Positions 24,217-33,375 of a DNA stretch of 64,000 nt are shown piece after piece. Origin of the DNA: Nitrospirota bacterium (GTDB taxonomy: Bacteria; Nitrospirota; UBA9217); assembly GCA_963751455.1 (NCBI GenBank), contig CAVVUN010000015.1, forward strand, positions 992,001 through 1,056,000, read 5' to 3'. A program made the translations under genes and the position numbers. The stretch's first letter is position 1. The number at the start of each line of letters is the position of its first letter. The notes under the pieces were generated by a model. The model searched no databases and was not told the DNA's origin. It was given only the letters and a program-made list of their open reading frames with translations.

Positions 24217-25734
24217 ATGGCTAGCGAAAAAATACTTGTTGTAGATGACGAGGAAATGATCAGAGACCTATGCAGTCATATTTTGACTGCGGAAGGATAC
24301 CAGGTCACCATAGTTTCAAACGGAGCTGCGGCGCTCGAAGAACTGAGCCGTCACGATATGGATCTTCTTATCACGGATATCAAAATGCCGGGTATGGACG
24401 GACTTGAGTTATTTGAACGGGTCAAACAGCTAAACCAGGACATAGTAACAATATTCATAACCGGCCACGGGACCCTGGACACTGCGATCGAGTCCCTTAT
24501 GCGCGGTGTGGACGGATTCGTACTGAAGCCATTTACGCAGGAAGAAATCCTGGCAGCAGTGGAACGTGCCATAACGCGAAGCAGACTTCAGAATGAAAAT
24601 ATCCGGCTCAAGGCCTTGATCCCTCTCTTCGAAATCAGTAAACTGCTTGTCACTGAAATTGATCTGGCCCATCTTTTCAAGATCATTACCGAGGTCCTTG
24701 TTCAAGAGTTTTCTGTGGACCGGGTATCTTTAATGCTTGTGGACGAGGCTAGCGGAGATCTCATCATACGTGCTTCTCACGGGCTGCCGGCGGAATTGGC
24801 TATGAAATCCCGCCGGAAACCCGGACAGGGAGTATCGGGTCTGGTACTCAAGAACAGGAAACCGCTTATTATATCAGCAGGAAAACATCCGGCGCCCGAT
24901 GTAATGGCGGCCATCAACGTCGAAGATATGCCGGTATCCTCTATGTCGGTGCCGCTCATCGGGAAAAACAAGGTGTTCGGCGTATTGAATGTGAGTAAAT
25001 ATACCGGTTCGCCGTTCAGCGCAAGCGATCTCCAGATAGTACTTATTCTGTCAAGTCAGGTAGTGACTGCCATGGAGAACGCGGCGCTCTATGAAGATTT
25101 ACGCGAGAATTATTTCCGCACCGTTCAGGCGCTCGTAGCGGCCGTCGAAGCAAAGGATCCGTACACCCGCTGGCATTCCACAAATGTCGCAAAGTACGCT
25201 GTGGCGATTGCGCGCGATCTGGGAATGAGCCCGACTCAACTTGAGGAAATGCATATTGCGGCGATTCTCCATGATGTCGGAAAAATCGGTATCAGCGAGG
25301 TGATCATCAGCAAACCTGACCGGTTGAGCCGCGAGGAATTCGACATTATGAAGGATCACCCTGCTCACGGCATACGAATTCTGGAGCCGATCGGATTCTC
25401 CACAGCCATAATTAACGCCATATATCAGCATCACGAACGTTACGACGGGAAAGGATACCCGAGAGGCCTGGCCGGGGAGGAGATCAGTCTTGCAGCACGA
25501 GTTCTCAACGTTGCCGATACCATTGACGCTATGGTCTCCGAACGGCCATATCGCGGTACAATATCGAGCATGGAGGTTCTCGCGGAACTCGAGCGGGAAT
25601 CCGGAGGACAGTTTGATCCGAAGGTGACAGAATCGGCGAGAAGACTGATAGAAAAAGGTCTGCTTAAGCTGGGGATGCGCACGTATTACCAATATACAGC
25701 AGGCACCGATAAAGAGGGGAAAAAGGCGCAGTAA
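24217..25734 (+). CDS. Response regulator REC-GAF-HD-GYP cyclic dinucleotide phosphodiesterase
   Basis: VVDD, DIKMP, KPF; LHDVGKIG; HHERYDGKGYP. Confidence 0.92.
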   Translation: MASEKILVVDDEEMIRDLCSHILTAEGYQVTIVSNGAAALEELSRHDMDLLITDIKMPGMDGLELFERVKQLNQDIVTIFITGHGTLDTAIESLMRGVDGFVLKPFTQEEILAAVERAITRSRLQNENIRLKALIPLFEISKLLVTEIDLAHLFKIITEVLVQEFSVDRVSLMLVDEASGDLIIRASHGLPAELAMKSRRKPGQGVSGLVLKNRKPLIISAGKHPAPDVMAAINVEDMPVSSMSVPLIGKNKVFGVLNVSKYTGSPFSASDLQIVLILSSQVVTAMENAALYEDLRENYFRTVQALVAAVEAKDPYTRWHSTNVAKYAVAIARDLGMSPTQLEEMHIAAILHDVGKIGISEVIISKPDRLSREEFDIMKDHPAHGIRILEPIGFSTAIINAIYQHHERYDGKGYPRGLAGEEISLAARVLNVADTIDAMVSERPYRGTISSMEVLAELERESGGQFDPKVTESARRLIEKGLLKLGMRTYYQYTAGTDKEGKKAQ

Positions 25735-25778
25735 CATGAGAAGCCGGAATCGCAGACTGTTGGAATTATAAAGGCAGC

Positions 25779-26369
25779 TTATTGTCTGACTTTGATCTTG
25801 ACACGTTCGTCCAGCGTAAACAGCACCTTCTGTTTAAATTTTTTTCCCGTAAGCGAGAGAACGAGTAGGAACGCGACGGAAAAGCCCAAGGAATTGAAAA
25901 TGACGTCATGATTTCCAATCAGGTTGGCGAGAACCATACCAGGCAGTATGATCGTAGCCAGGAGCCAGCCTTCCCAATATCCACAATAGTATGCTTCTTT
26001 GCCTGCCATTCCAGCCGCTCCAGCGCAAACTAAACCGATCCCGACTAGCAGCAGTGTTCCAACGTACTGCTCCGGACCATAAAAATATGCGGTCGTTTGA
26101 ATTATCAAGCCTGATATAACCGTGCAAACAATACATATCTTTATTGGACGCATCCAGACGAGAAGATAAAGGGCTGAAAGCAGTACGCCGAGCTCGAAAA
26201 GCATAATACCTGCAGTATAAAAAGCGTTTTGCAGAGGATAGAGTATTGCGAGAACGGCTGCTCCAAGAACTTGTATGGCGAGCCCTGACCGGTACAATAT
26301 GTCGTGTCGTCGACAGTATTTAAGGCCGGCCATCGCAATTTGTTCTTCGAGGCTTGGTTTTGTGGTCAT
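25779..26369 (-). CDS. Integral membrane protein, DUF2301-like
   Basis: About 6 hydrophobic segments; LYRSGL and KEAYYCGYWEG motifs. Confidence 0.6.
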   Translation of the reverse strand: MTTKPSLEEQIAMAGLKYCRRHDILYRSGLAIQVLGAAVLAILYPLQNAFYTAGIMLFELGVLLSALYLLVWMRPIKICIVCTVISGLIIQTTAYFYGPEQYVGTLLLVGIGLVCAGAAGMAGKEAYYCGYWEGWLLATIILPGMVLANLIGNHDVIFNSLGFSVAFLLVLSLTGKKFKQKVLFTLDERVKIKVRQ

Positions 26370-26556
26370 CAGCCTTTATAGCATGAGTTCATTTTGAATG
26401 CAATAAGAACAAAAAGTATCGCGGCAAAATTACGTATAGCAAAACGACAGCCATTCAAAATCTCTTCCTCCTTGCAACGTGATGTCTTCTAATTCCAGTT
26501 TCGATAAATAGCAACAAGAGTAATGATTCTAATTAATCAAAGAAAAAAATTCTTTC

Positions 26557-26585
26557 TTGACTTGGATATACGACTTTGGTATATT
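26557..26585 (+). promoter_or_regulatory. Candidate sigma70 promoter upstream of the porin gene
   Basis: TTGACT-17 bp-TATATT with extended -10 TG. Confidence 0.55.
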
Positions 26586-27035
26586 CTGCGTAATGTTTTA
26601 AAGACTTCTTTTTCAAATTAAATCCTGTCTCTTTTTTGATACATCGTGAAGTAGGCAACTCGTTAACAGCGACAAGTAATAGTGGTAGATTCGGTGTTTA
26701 TTAATCTATGAGAAAACCCACTATAAGCTCACGATATCGCAGTTTTTACTCACCTTACAGTCACGCCGGCATTTCTCAGCGCGTTTTCGCCGACAAATAC
26801 ATCACCATCAATAGTCACCGTTTAAAACCGGAAATTCACATGACCTGCTGTTTACCGTTTCATGTATACACGGTTTGCCTATCCAAGTGGTAATGAAAGG
26901 AGGGATGTATTAAATCTCTTTGATCTTCTCGGCAAAACAGAGCAACTGCAGCATCGTTTCAAAGCTAGAGCATATCCGGAAGTTTGAACATGTTTCGGAT
27001 GGTCCGGAACAAAACTACATTAGGGAGGATAAACG

Positions 27036-28316
27036 ATGAAGAAGTTTGTTGTTTTACTCGTAGTTGTGGCTTTGACTTTTATCAGCGCAATAGCATATGC
27101 CGCAGATGTGACGGTTGGCGGAACGGTACAGATCCGGAGCAGGAATTTCGACACTATGTCTTTCGATGAAAAGGTCGTAACCAAGGACGAAAAAGACACG
27201 CAGGAAAGAATCCAGATGGACATCAATGCCAAAGCAGGAGATGTTAAAGGCAAGATCGCGATCTGGAACGATTTCGATACGTGGGGAAGATTTGAAGCAG
27301 TGCAGGGCATTGCATCGGGAACAACAGTAACGACTACAGCGGGTGATTCCACACAGACGTACAACAATAACAAGATCGGCATCCGCGAGGCATGGGTCAA
27401 TTTCAACGTGCCGGGGCTCCCGATTAACGTGACTGCCGGTCATCAGCTCCTGAAGCTTGCCAACGGCTTTTTCGTCAGTTCGATGCATTTCGGTTCCGAT
27501 GCATGGGTAATAGCGAACCAGACGGGAAACAACACTTTTGCTGTTGTTAACGGGAAAATCGCTGAGAACACGACGAGCCTTTCAGACGACCAGGATCTTT
27601 ATACTATCCTCGATGTCTTTAAGCTTAGCGACAATGCGACGATCGGCGTTGATTTTTCTAACGTCAAAGATCGTTCGGGCGCGGACCAGGTGGACCTGAT
27701 GAATGTCGGTATCAATTTTAACGGTAAAATCGGCCCGGTTGCACTTAAAGCCCAGTTCGATCAGAACATGGGAGACAAAACGACCGGAGGGACCGTAAAG
27801 CAGGACTTTACCGGTAATGAAATCGTAGTCCAGGGCAAAGTTCCGATCGCGCCCGTTACGCTCAACTTCACGTTTGCAATGGGTTCCGGCCAGGACACTT
27901 CCAGCGACGTTACCCTGTTCCAGAACTTCCTGGATGTTGATCCGCATGTCGCCTTTATGTATGAGTATAAGATACCGACAGCAGCCGGAAGGAAAAACAC
28001 AGGCTTCGCGAACACGACGGCTATCGGCGTGGGAGCAACCATGGCGGCATCCAGCAGCGTGACCGTAGGCGCTGATCTCTGGCTGTTAAGCGCCTCTGAA
28101 AAAGTGAATGTAACTCAAACCGGCAGAGCTGCAGGTGCGGTCTCCGATGATGTGGGCACGGAAATAGACTTGGCCGTTAATTGGAAAGTGGCCGAGAACC
28201 TGACCTGGAACTGGAACGTCGGCTACTTTATGCCTGGCGATGCGTATCTTGATGCGACCGGCGCAGGCGACGATGCCGCTACCGGTATTACGGGCATCCT
28301 CGCGTTCAAGTTCTAA
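27036..28316 (+). CDS. Outer-membrane beta-barrel porin (alginate-export/OmpJ-like)
   Basis: Signal peptide ending AYA; amphipathic strands; GTEIDL motif; C-terminal Phe; GGAGG RBS. Confidence 0.8.
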   Translation: MKKFVVLLVVVALTFISAIAYAADVTVGGTVQIRSRNFDTMSFDEKVVTKDEKDTQERIQMDINAKAGDVKGKIAIWNDFDTWGRFEAVQGIASGTTVTTTAGDSTQTYNNNKIGIREAWVNFNVPGLPINVTAGHQLLKLANGFFVSSMHFGSDAWVIANQTGNNTFAVVNGKIAENTTSLSDDQDLYTILDVFKLSDNATIGVDFSNVKDRSGADQVDLMNVGINFNGKIGPVALKAQFDQNMGDKTTGGTVKQDFTGNEIVVQGKVPIAPVTLNFTFAMGSGQDTSSDVTLFQNFLDVDPHVAFMYEYKIPTAAGRKNTGFANTTAIGVGATMAASSSVTVGADLWLLSASEKVNVTQTGRAAGAVSDDVGTEIDLAVNWKVAENLTWNWNVGYFMPGDAYLDATGAGDDAATGITGILAFKF

Positions 28317-28358
28317 ATCACAATTGCGTGCCGGGTTTTATCCGGTACAATAAGAAGT

Positions 28359-28398
28359 AAAAAAATCCCCGGGGGCCAAGCTTCCGGGGATTTTTTTT
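28359..28398. terminator. Bidirectional intrinsic terminator between the porin gene and folD
   Basis: AAAAAAATCCCCGG...CCGGGGATTTTTTT. Confidence 0.85.
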
Positions 28399-28443
28399 GT
28401 TGAGTATGTCGTTTATTGTTTATTTCAGAATGTCGGCCACATG

Positions 28444-29295
28444 TTAAGGATTTTGCAGCTTGGCTGCCTTGACTACATGCTTTAACAATACGCGAGTCGT
28501 GACGGTTCCCACTCCGCCGGGTACCGGCGTGATCGCGCCCGCCACTTCCTTCGCCGGATCGGTATCCACATCCCCGAATAGTTTGTCTCCTTCGACATTG
28601 ATGCCGACGTCCATTACCGTCGCGCCTGGTTTTATGTAGTTTGTTTTTATCATCTTTGCTTTGCCGATAGCTGCTACAAGGATGTCTGCGCGCTTGCAAA
28701 CACCCGGAAGATCGGTCGTCTTTGAATGGCAGACGGTAACTGTTGCATTCTCGCCAAGGAGCAGCATGGACATGGGTTTGCCTACAACCATGGATCTGCC
28801 GATAATTACCGCCTCTTTGCCGCTCATCGGAATCTGGTAGAACCGCAGTATTTCCATGACCGCCTGTGGTGTGGCAGGCGGAAATCCCGTCATGTCGCCC
28901 GCCATGATCTTGCCCGCATTCACCGGATTGAAGCAGTCGACGTCTTTATCCGGCGAGAGCACGTATTTTACCACGTCCTCCCTGATCTGCTTTGGGAACG
29001 GCCTCATGACTATGATGCCATTGATGCTCTTGTCGGCGTTCCTTTTCTGCAGTATATTTACGAATTCGTCCTGGCTCGTCGTTCCGGGCAGCTGCTCGAT
29101 GTCACAGGCGATACCGTTCTTTTCCGCCATCTTCTTTGCACTGTTTGCATACGCAAGCGAATCGGGTGCCTCGCCGACGATCATGATCTTAAGTGCCGGA
29201 TTGATGCCCTTGGCTTTGAGTTCCTGGACGTCTTTCTGGATGTCCTGATCCATTTTTTGAGCCACTTCTTTACCGGTCAGTAGTTTTGCAGACAT
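28444..29295 (-). CDS. folD: Methylenetetrahydrofolate dehydrogenase/cyclohydrolase family protein
   Basis: KDVD, IGRSMVVGKP, TVCHSKT, DVGIN, TPVPGGVG. Confidence 0.93.
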   Translation of the reverse strand: MSAKLLTGKEVAQKMDQDIQKDVQELKAKGINPALKIMIVGEAPDSLAYANSAKKMAEKNGIACDIEQLPGTTSQDEFVNILQKRNADKSINGIIVMRPFPKQIREDVVKYVLSPDKDVDCFNPVNAGKIMAGDMTGFPPATPQAVMEILRFYQIPMSGKEAVIIGRSMVVGKPMSMLLLGENATVTVCHSKTTDLPGVCKRADILVAAIGKAKMIKTNYIKPGATVMDVGINVEGDKLFGDVDTDPAKEVAGAITPVPGGVGTVTTRVLLKHVVKAAKLQNP

Positions 29296-29381
29296 GTTTT
29301 CTCCCGTTATTTATTATTTTTTTGTGGACCGAGGCAACCGCGTTGCCGTGATTCACGCCGACTTGGTCGGCTCGCTCCATA

Positions 29382-30008
29382 TCATCCCATCTTCTTGTAC
29401 GTCGTTTCCATGACGGTCTTCTCAAGTGCCGCAACCTGTTTCAGAACATCTTGCATCTTCGACCAGGTCTCCTTGTTGTATGCTTCATCCTTGATGCTGT
29501 TGACGTTGATCTTGACGTTGAGCGCAGCGCTCTGCGCGCATGCCTGTGCAAGGAGAACCGCAACTCCCGCGTCGCTTACAGCGCCGACATTCCCGATCTC
29601 GGCCGCACGCTCCGCAAGTTTTGCGACTTCAAGCGATTTCAAGCCGATCTCGAATGGCACCTGGCAAGCCTTTTTGAGCGCTTCCTGCATTTTTGCAGTT
29701 CGTGCCGCTTTTTCTGCATCGGTGTTTTTCGGCATTTTATACACATCCGACAGGCCGCCGTAGACTTCCGTGTCCTTTTGAATAAGGTCTTGCATTTCTG
29801 CCCTGAGTTTCTCCGACTCCTTCAGAAGCGCCTCTACCTGGGGCTGCACATCCTTGTATTTTTCCTTTCCCAGCGTCAGGTTTGAGACCATGCTGACGAG
29901 GGCCGCGCCAAGGGACCCGGTAAGCGCGGCCACACTGCCGCCGCCCGGCTCCGGAGATTTGCTCGCGAGTTTATCCATAAAATGCCGCAACGGCTGATCT
30001 ATATACAT
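29382..30008 (-). CDS. Formiminotetrahydrofolate cyclodeaminase / methenyl-THF cyclohydrolase (FTCD_C family)
   Basis: LASKSPEPGGGSVAA, SDAGVA, NVKIN; start at MYIDQ after GGAGG. Confidence 0.88.
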   Translation of the reverse strand: MYIDQPLRHFMDKLASKSPEPGGGSVAALTGSLGAALVSMVSNLTLGKEKYKDVQPQVEALLKESEKLRAEMQDLIQKDTEVYGGLSDVYKMPKNTDAEKAARTAKMQEALKKACQVPFEIGLKSLEVAKLAERAAEIGNVGAVSDAGVAVLLAQACAQSAALNVKINVNSIKDEAYNKETWSKMQDVLKQVAALEKTVMETTYKKMG

Positions 30009-30175
30009 CAGAATCCTCCCCATTGTCAGTAATAAAAACAAAATCATAATGAAGTTACGGTTAATTGTCAATGAAAAAAGGCGAATACAAAATGAGAATA
30101 TGCTGAACTGCATAACAGTCAGGATTTAAAAAATATAAAATCGGAAAATCGCAGGAGAGAGCATGAACATGCTTT

Positions 30176-30622
30176 CTATTTCAATACCTGGTCGACCCAC
30201 TTAACAAGATCTAATTTTTCTTTCGGCGCCCCATCCAGACGAGCTGTCTGAATACCGTTCTTAAACATGATGAACGTTGGAGTGGCCTTTACAGTGAAGC
30301 GCCGTGCGAGTTGGGGTTCAGCATCAATATCGATTTTAACCACTTTAAGTCGTCCGGCTCTCCATGAAGCAAGATCCTGCAAAACAGGCTCAACCATACG
30401 GCAGAAGCCGCACCATTTTGCCCAGAATTCCAGGAGAAGATTTTCCGGCCATTCATAAACCTCATGATCAAAAGAACCGGTTGTTCCGATTACCGGTGCC
30501 CGAGGATATTCCAGCTTCGCTTTACACTGAGCGCAGATCGGGTGGGCGCCTAACTTTTGGTAGGGCACACGGTTCAGCGTTCTGCATTCCTTGCATCTCA
30601 AAAGTATTGCTTGGTCTGTCAT
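30176..30622 (-). CDS. Thioredoxin with N-terminal zinc ribbon (TrxC/Trx2-like)
   Basis: CKEC...CAQC followed by FWAKWCGFC. Confidence 0.85.
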   Translation of the reverse strand: MTDQAILLRCKECRTLNRVPYQKLGAHPICAQCKAKLEYPRAPVIGTTGSFDHEVYEWPENLLLEFWAKWCGFCRMVEPVLQDLASWRAGRLKVVKIDIDAEPQLARRFTVKATPTFIMFKNGIQTARLDGAPKEKLDLVKWVDQVLK

Positions 30623-30744
30623 GAAAGGCATCCCAATAAAAACAATCAAAAAACGGGGGTGTTTCGAAACTTATCCCTCTGTCTTTTATTTAAATGCCGG
30701 TACCGGCCCACACGGTACTGATAACATTATCTTCGGATATCGTT

Positions 30745-31146
30745 TTATGCCTGTGCGGTAACCACGATTTTTCTGGTTTTCGCAGTTTCCGCTTTCGGCA
30801 GAACCAGGCGTAAAACGCCATTTTTCATAGTGGCCTGAATTTTTTCCTTATCGACTTCGTCTGAAAGTGTAAAGGCGCGCTGATAGTCGCCGATGCCGTA
30901 TTCAGAATAGGCCAGCCGGTGTTTTTCGGGGATGTCCGGCTCGACGCGTCCATAGATGGTCAGTACATTTTTTTCGAGTGTTATGTCCAGGTTTTTATCA
31001 TCTACCCCAGGCAGATCTGCGGTAACGATGATGTCGTTTTTTCGCTCCAGGATATCGACGTCAGGGGTATAAACCTTATGCGGCCTGGTACGTTCTAAAC
31101 CCTGGGGTATCTCTGCCTCTTTTTTGATATCTTTGGCATCGTCCAT
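30745..31146 (-). CDS. Hsp20/alpha-crystallin small heat-shock protein
   Basis: PDVDI, ADLPGV, NGVLRLVLPK. Confidence 0.93.
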   Translation of the reverse strand: MDDAKDIKKEAEIPQGLERTRPHKVYTPDVDILERKNDIIVTADLPGVDDKNLDITLEKNVLTIYGRVEPDIPEKHRLAYSEYGIGDYQRAFTLSDEVDKEKIQATMKNGVLRLVLPKAETAKTRKIVVTAQA

Positions 31147-31160
31147 CTCGGGTCCTCCTC

Positions 31161-31592
31161 TTATTCGTTTTCGATGACTATCTTTTTCGGTTTTTCCGCC
31201 TCTGCTCTCGGCAAAGCAAGCTTTAGAACACCCTTGCTGAAGCGGGCGGACACTTTTTCCGAATCGATGCTATAGGGAAGATCGATTGTCCTGCTTGCCT
31301 GTCCGGACCATCGCTCTCGACGATGATACGATTCTCCATCTTGCGGCTGCTCGCTTGGCCGCTGCGCTTGAATACTGAGCGAGTTTCCGACCACGGATAT
31401 GTCGACCGTATTCGGCTCTATCCCGGGCAGTTCCATGGTCGCTACAAGGCTGTCTCCGTCAGACCACAGGTTAATTGCTGGGAATTCCAACGCTCGTGCC
31501 GGGACCATGTCGGAGGCCGCCTTGTTCAGCCGCTCCAAACTGCGCCAGGGATCAGGAATTGCTCCTAATCTGTTAAATTCCGTCCACAACAT
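31161..31592 (-). CDS. Hsp20/alpha-crystallin small heat-shock protein
   Basis: FPAINL, ELPGI, YHRRER, GVLKLALPR. Confidence 0.93.
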   Translation of the reverse strand: MLWTEFNRLGAIPDPWRSLERLNKAASDMVPARALEFPAINLWSDGDSLVATMELPGIEPNTVDISVVGNSLSIQAQRPSEQPQDGESYHRRERWSGQASRTIDLPYSIDSEKVSARFSKGVLKLALPRAEAEKPKKIVIENE

Positions 31593-31614
31593 AAATGCCC
31601 TCCTTAGGATGAAT

Positions 31615-31641
31615 TTAGCACTCTTATTAGTAGAGTGCTAA
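31615..31641. promoter_or_regulatory. CIRCE operator (HrcA binding site)
   Basis: Exact TTAGCACTC-N9-GAGTGCTAA just upstream of the first hsp20; minus-strand TTGACT at 31669-31674. Confidence 0.95.
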
Positions 31642-31842
31642 ATGATAATTTACCAAAAAGAATTTAAAAGTCAAGAGGTATAATATGTAATTAATTCAAT
31701 ATGTTAAGCTTTTTAAGCAATAATTTTTCAATCGAACACAGATTTAAAATGTTTAGATAAGGCATTCCTTACCTATACAGATTTGTATTTTATTGTCTTT
31801 CGCAAAACTTGGTGGGTAATGCCTGGGTACCCGGTTATCCCT

Positions 31843-33375
31843 TTACCAGGCATAGGAAAGCGTGGCGCCGGAATACTGCCGGCGGTATCCCGAAGAACTT
31901 GCAAGTGCGGAATTGGAGTAGCCATAATCGAGGCCCAGAGACAAGTCACGGATAATAGTGCCCCATAACGAGATCTGAGCCAAAGAGGTGTTTGTCCGCT
32001 CACCAGGCGTTACGCGCTGAGTTCCCGGGCCAGCTACGGTAAAGAAGCGCCAATCAGTACCAAGATGGCGGTTTAGCGAGAACAGCAGCTGTTCCTGATG
32101 GAACCGTTCGGGGTTGAAATAGCCGATCGTATCGGTCCGGCTGTCTCCAAAATAACGAGCCTTTAACTGAACGCTCAGCCCAAGACTCTCCGCAACCAGT
32201 GCCCCGACTGAGGCGTTCCCTCCGATACGATTGTTTTCGTCACTGAAGGATTGACGGTAAGCTGATCCGGCAAGACTGAATCGGGTATTTGGTCGGTATT
32301 CAATTGCGAATCCGGCGGTGTCCAGCCGGGTTCGGAGATCAATGGCGGCAAATGTTTCCACGGCCTCTCTGAGGATAAACGCCTCATACCGAAATTCGTC
32401 ATCAGGCCGATAAACCCCGCTCGCCGACCACAGAACCGGGTGCCATTCATCATAGAATGCAGGTCCCATCTGGACGGAAAACCAGAATTTATCCTCGAGT
32501 CTTGATGAGTAGCGCGCCAGGATGCTGTTCATTGCCAGCTGACGCGTCGGCGACTCCATTCCCTGGTGCTGTGCCGCGAAACTGAGCGTACCGGCGCGCG
32601 ATAATCTTTTTCCCGCTGACAGTTCGGTTTTTCTGATGCGCAGATTGTCGCTGTCGCTGGTATATTCCGCGTGAAGGCTCAGCGGGTTCGCAGTTCCCGC
32701 ATCCACTTCCTTACGGATGTCTTCCAACTCCTTGGCCATGCGTGTATCAGGCTCAACGGGAATCCCCTGATCAAGTAGCTCCGCGGCCTTGTCCGGCCAT
32801 CCCGCCCACGACGCAGCTCGTGCCAGTTCTATTTTCTGGGCAGGCGATTGCACGAGGCCTCGCGATACGCTCCGATACGCCTTCATCGGCTTATTCTGAA
32901 AGGAGAGGCTTCTCATGAGACCTGCCGAGGCGACCGCGTGATCCTCGTCATTCAGCGGCCGGGACAGCAGAATGCTGTAAATATTTTCAGCATCCCCGTA
33001 CTGCTCGAGCCACATCAACATTCTGGCGATGCCGAAGAGGGCAGTGCGTTTTTCGGTTTGGTCGTCGGCCAGCATGAGGGCCTCCCGAAAGTTCAAAAGC
33101 GCTTCTTCGGGCTGCTTCTCTATGGCTGATGCCTGAGCGACGCCGAAATATGCCTGGAAGGAAGGATTCTCGATGAGCAGGCGCTTGAAGGCAGTCAGCG
33201 CCGCTTTTGAATCCTGAGACCTTAACAGTGCTTGTGCCTGCTCGATCCGGCTCATGTAATCTTCAGTCGTTCCGCAGATTCCGGATACAGTCAAAGAAAC
33301 AAAGATTACTGCAAAAAAGAGCCATCCTTTGGCAACGGTCTGGAGGCGTGACGTTCTGTCCATTTTGTACCCCAT
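31843..33375 (-). CDS. TPR-repeat plus outer-membrane beta-barrel protein (PgaA/YaiO-like export protein)
   Basis: N-terminal hydrophobic signal, TPR-like helices, beta-strand C-terminus with GYFNP, terminal Trp. Confidence 0.65.
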   Translation of the reverse strand: MGYKMDRTSRLQTVAKGWLFFAVIFVSLTVSGICGTTEDYMSRIEQAQALLRSQDSKAALTAFKRLLIENPSFQAYFGVAQASAIEKQPEEALLNFREALMLADDQTEKRTALFGIARMLMWLEQYGDAENIYSILLSRPLNDEDHAVASAGLMRSLSFQNKPMKAYRSVSRGLVQSPAQKIELARAASWAGWPDKAAELLDQGIPVEPDTRMAKELEDIRKEVDAGTANPLSLHAEYTSDSDNLRIRKTELSAGKRLSRAGTLSFAAQHQGMESPTRQLAMNSILARYSSRLEDKFWFSVQMGPAFYDEWHPVLWSASGVYRPDDEFRYEAFILREAVETFAAIDLRTRLDTAGFAIEYRPNTRFSLAGSAYRQSFSDENNRIGGNASVGALVAESLGLSVQLKARYFGDSRTDTIGYFNPERFHQEQLLFSLNRHLGTDWRFFTVAGPGTQRVTPGERTNTSLAQISLWGTIIRDLSLGLDYGYSNSALASSSGYRRQYSGATLSYAW

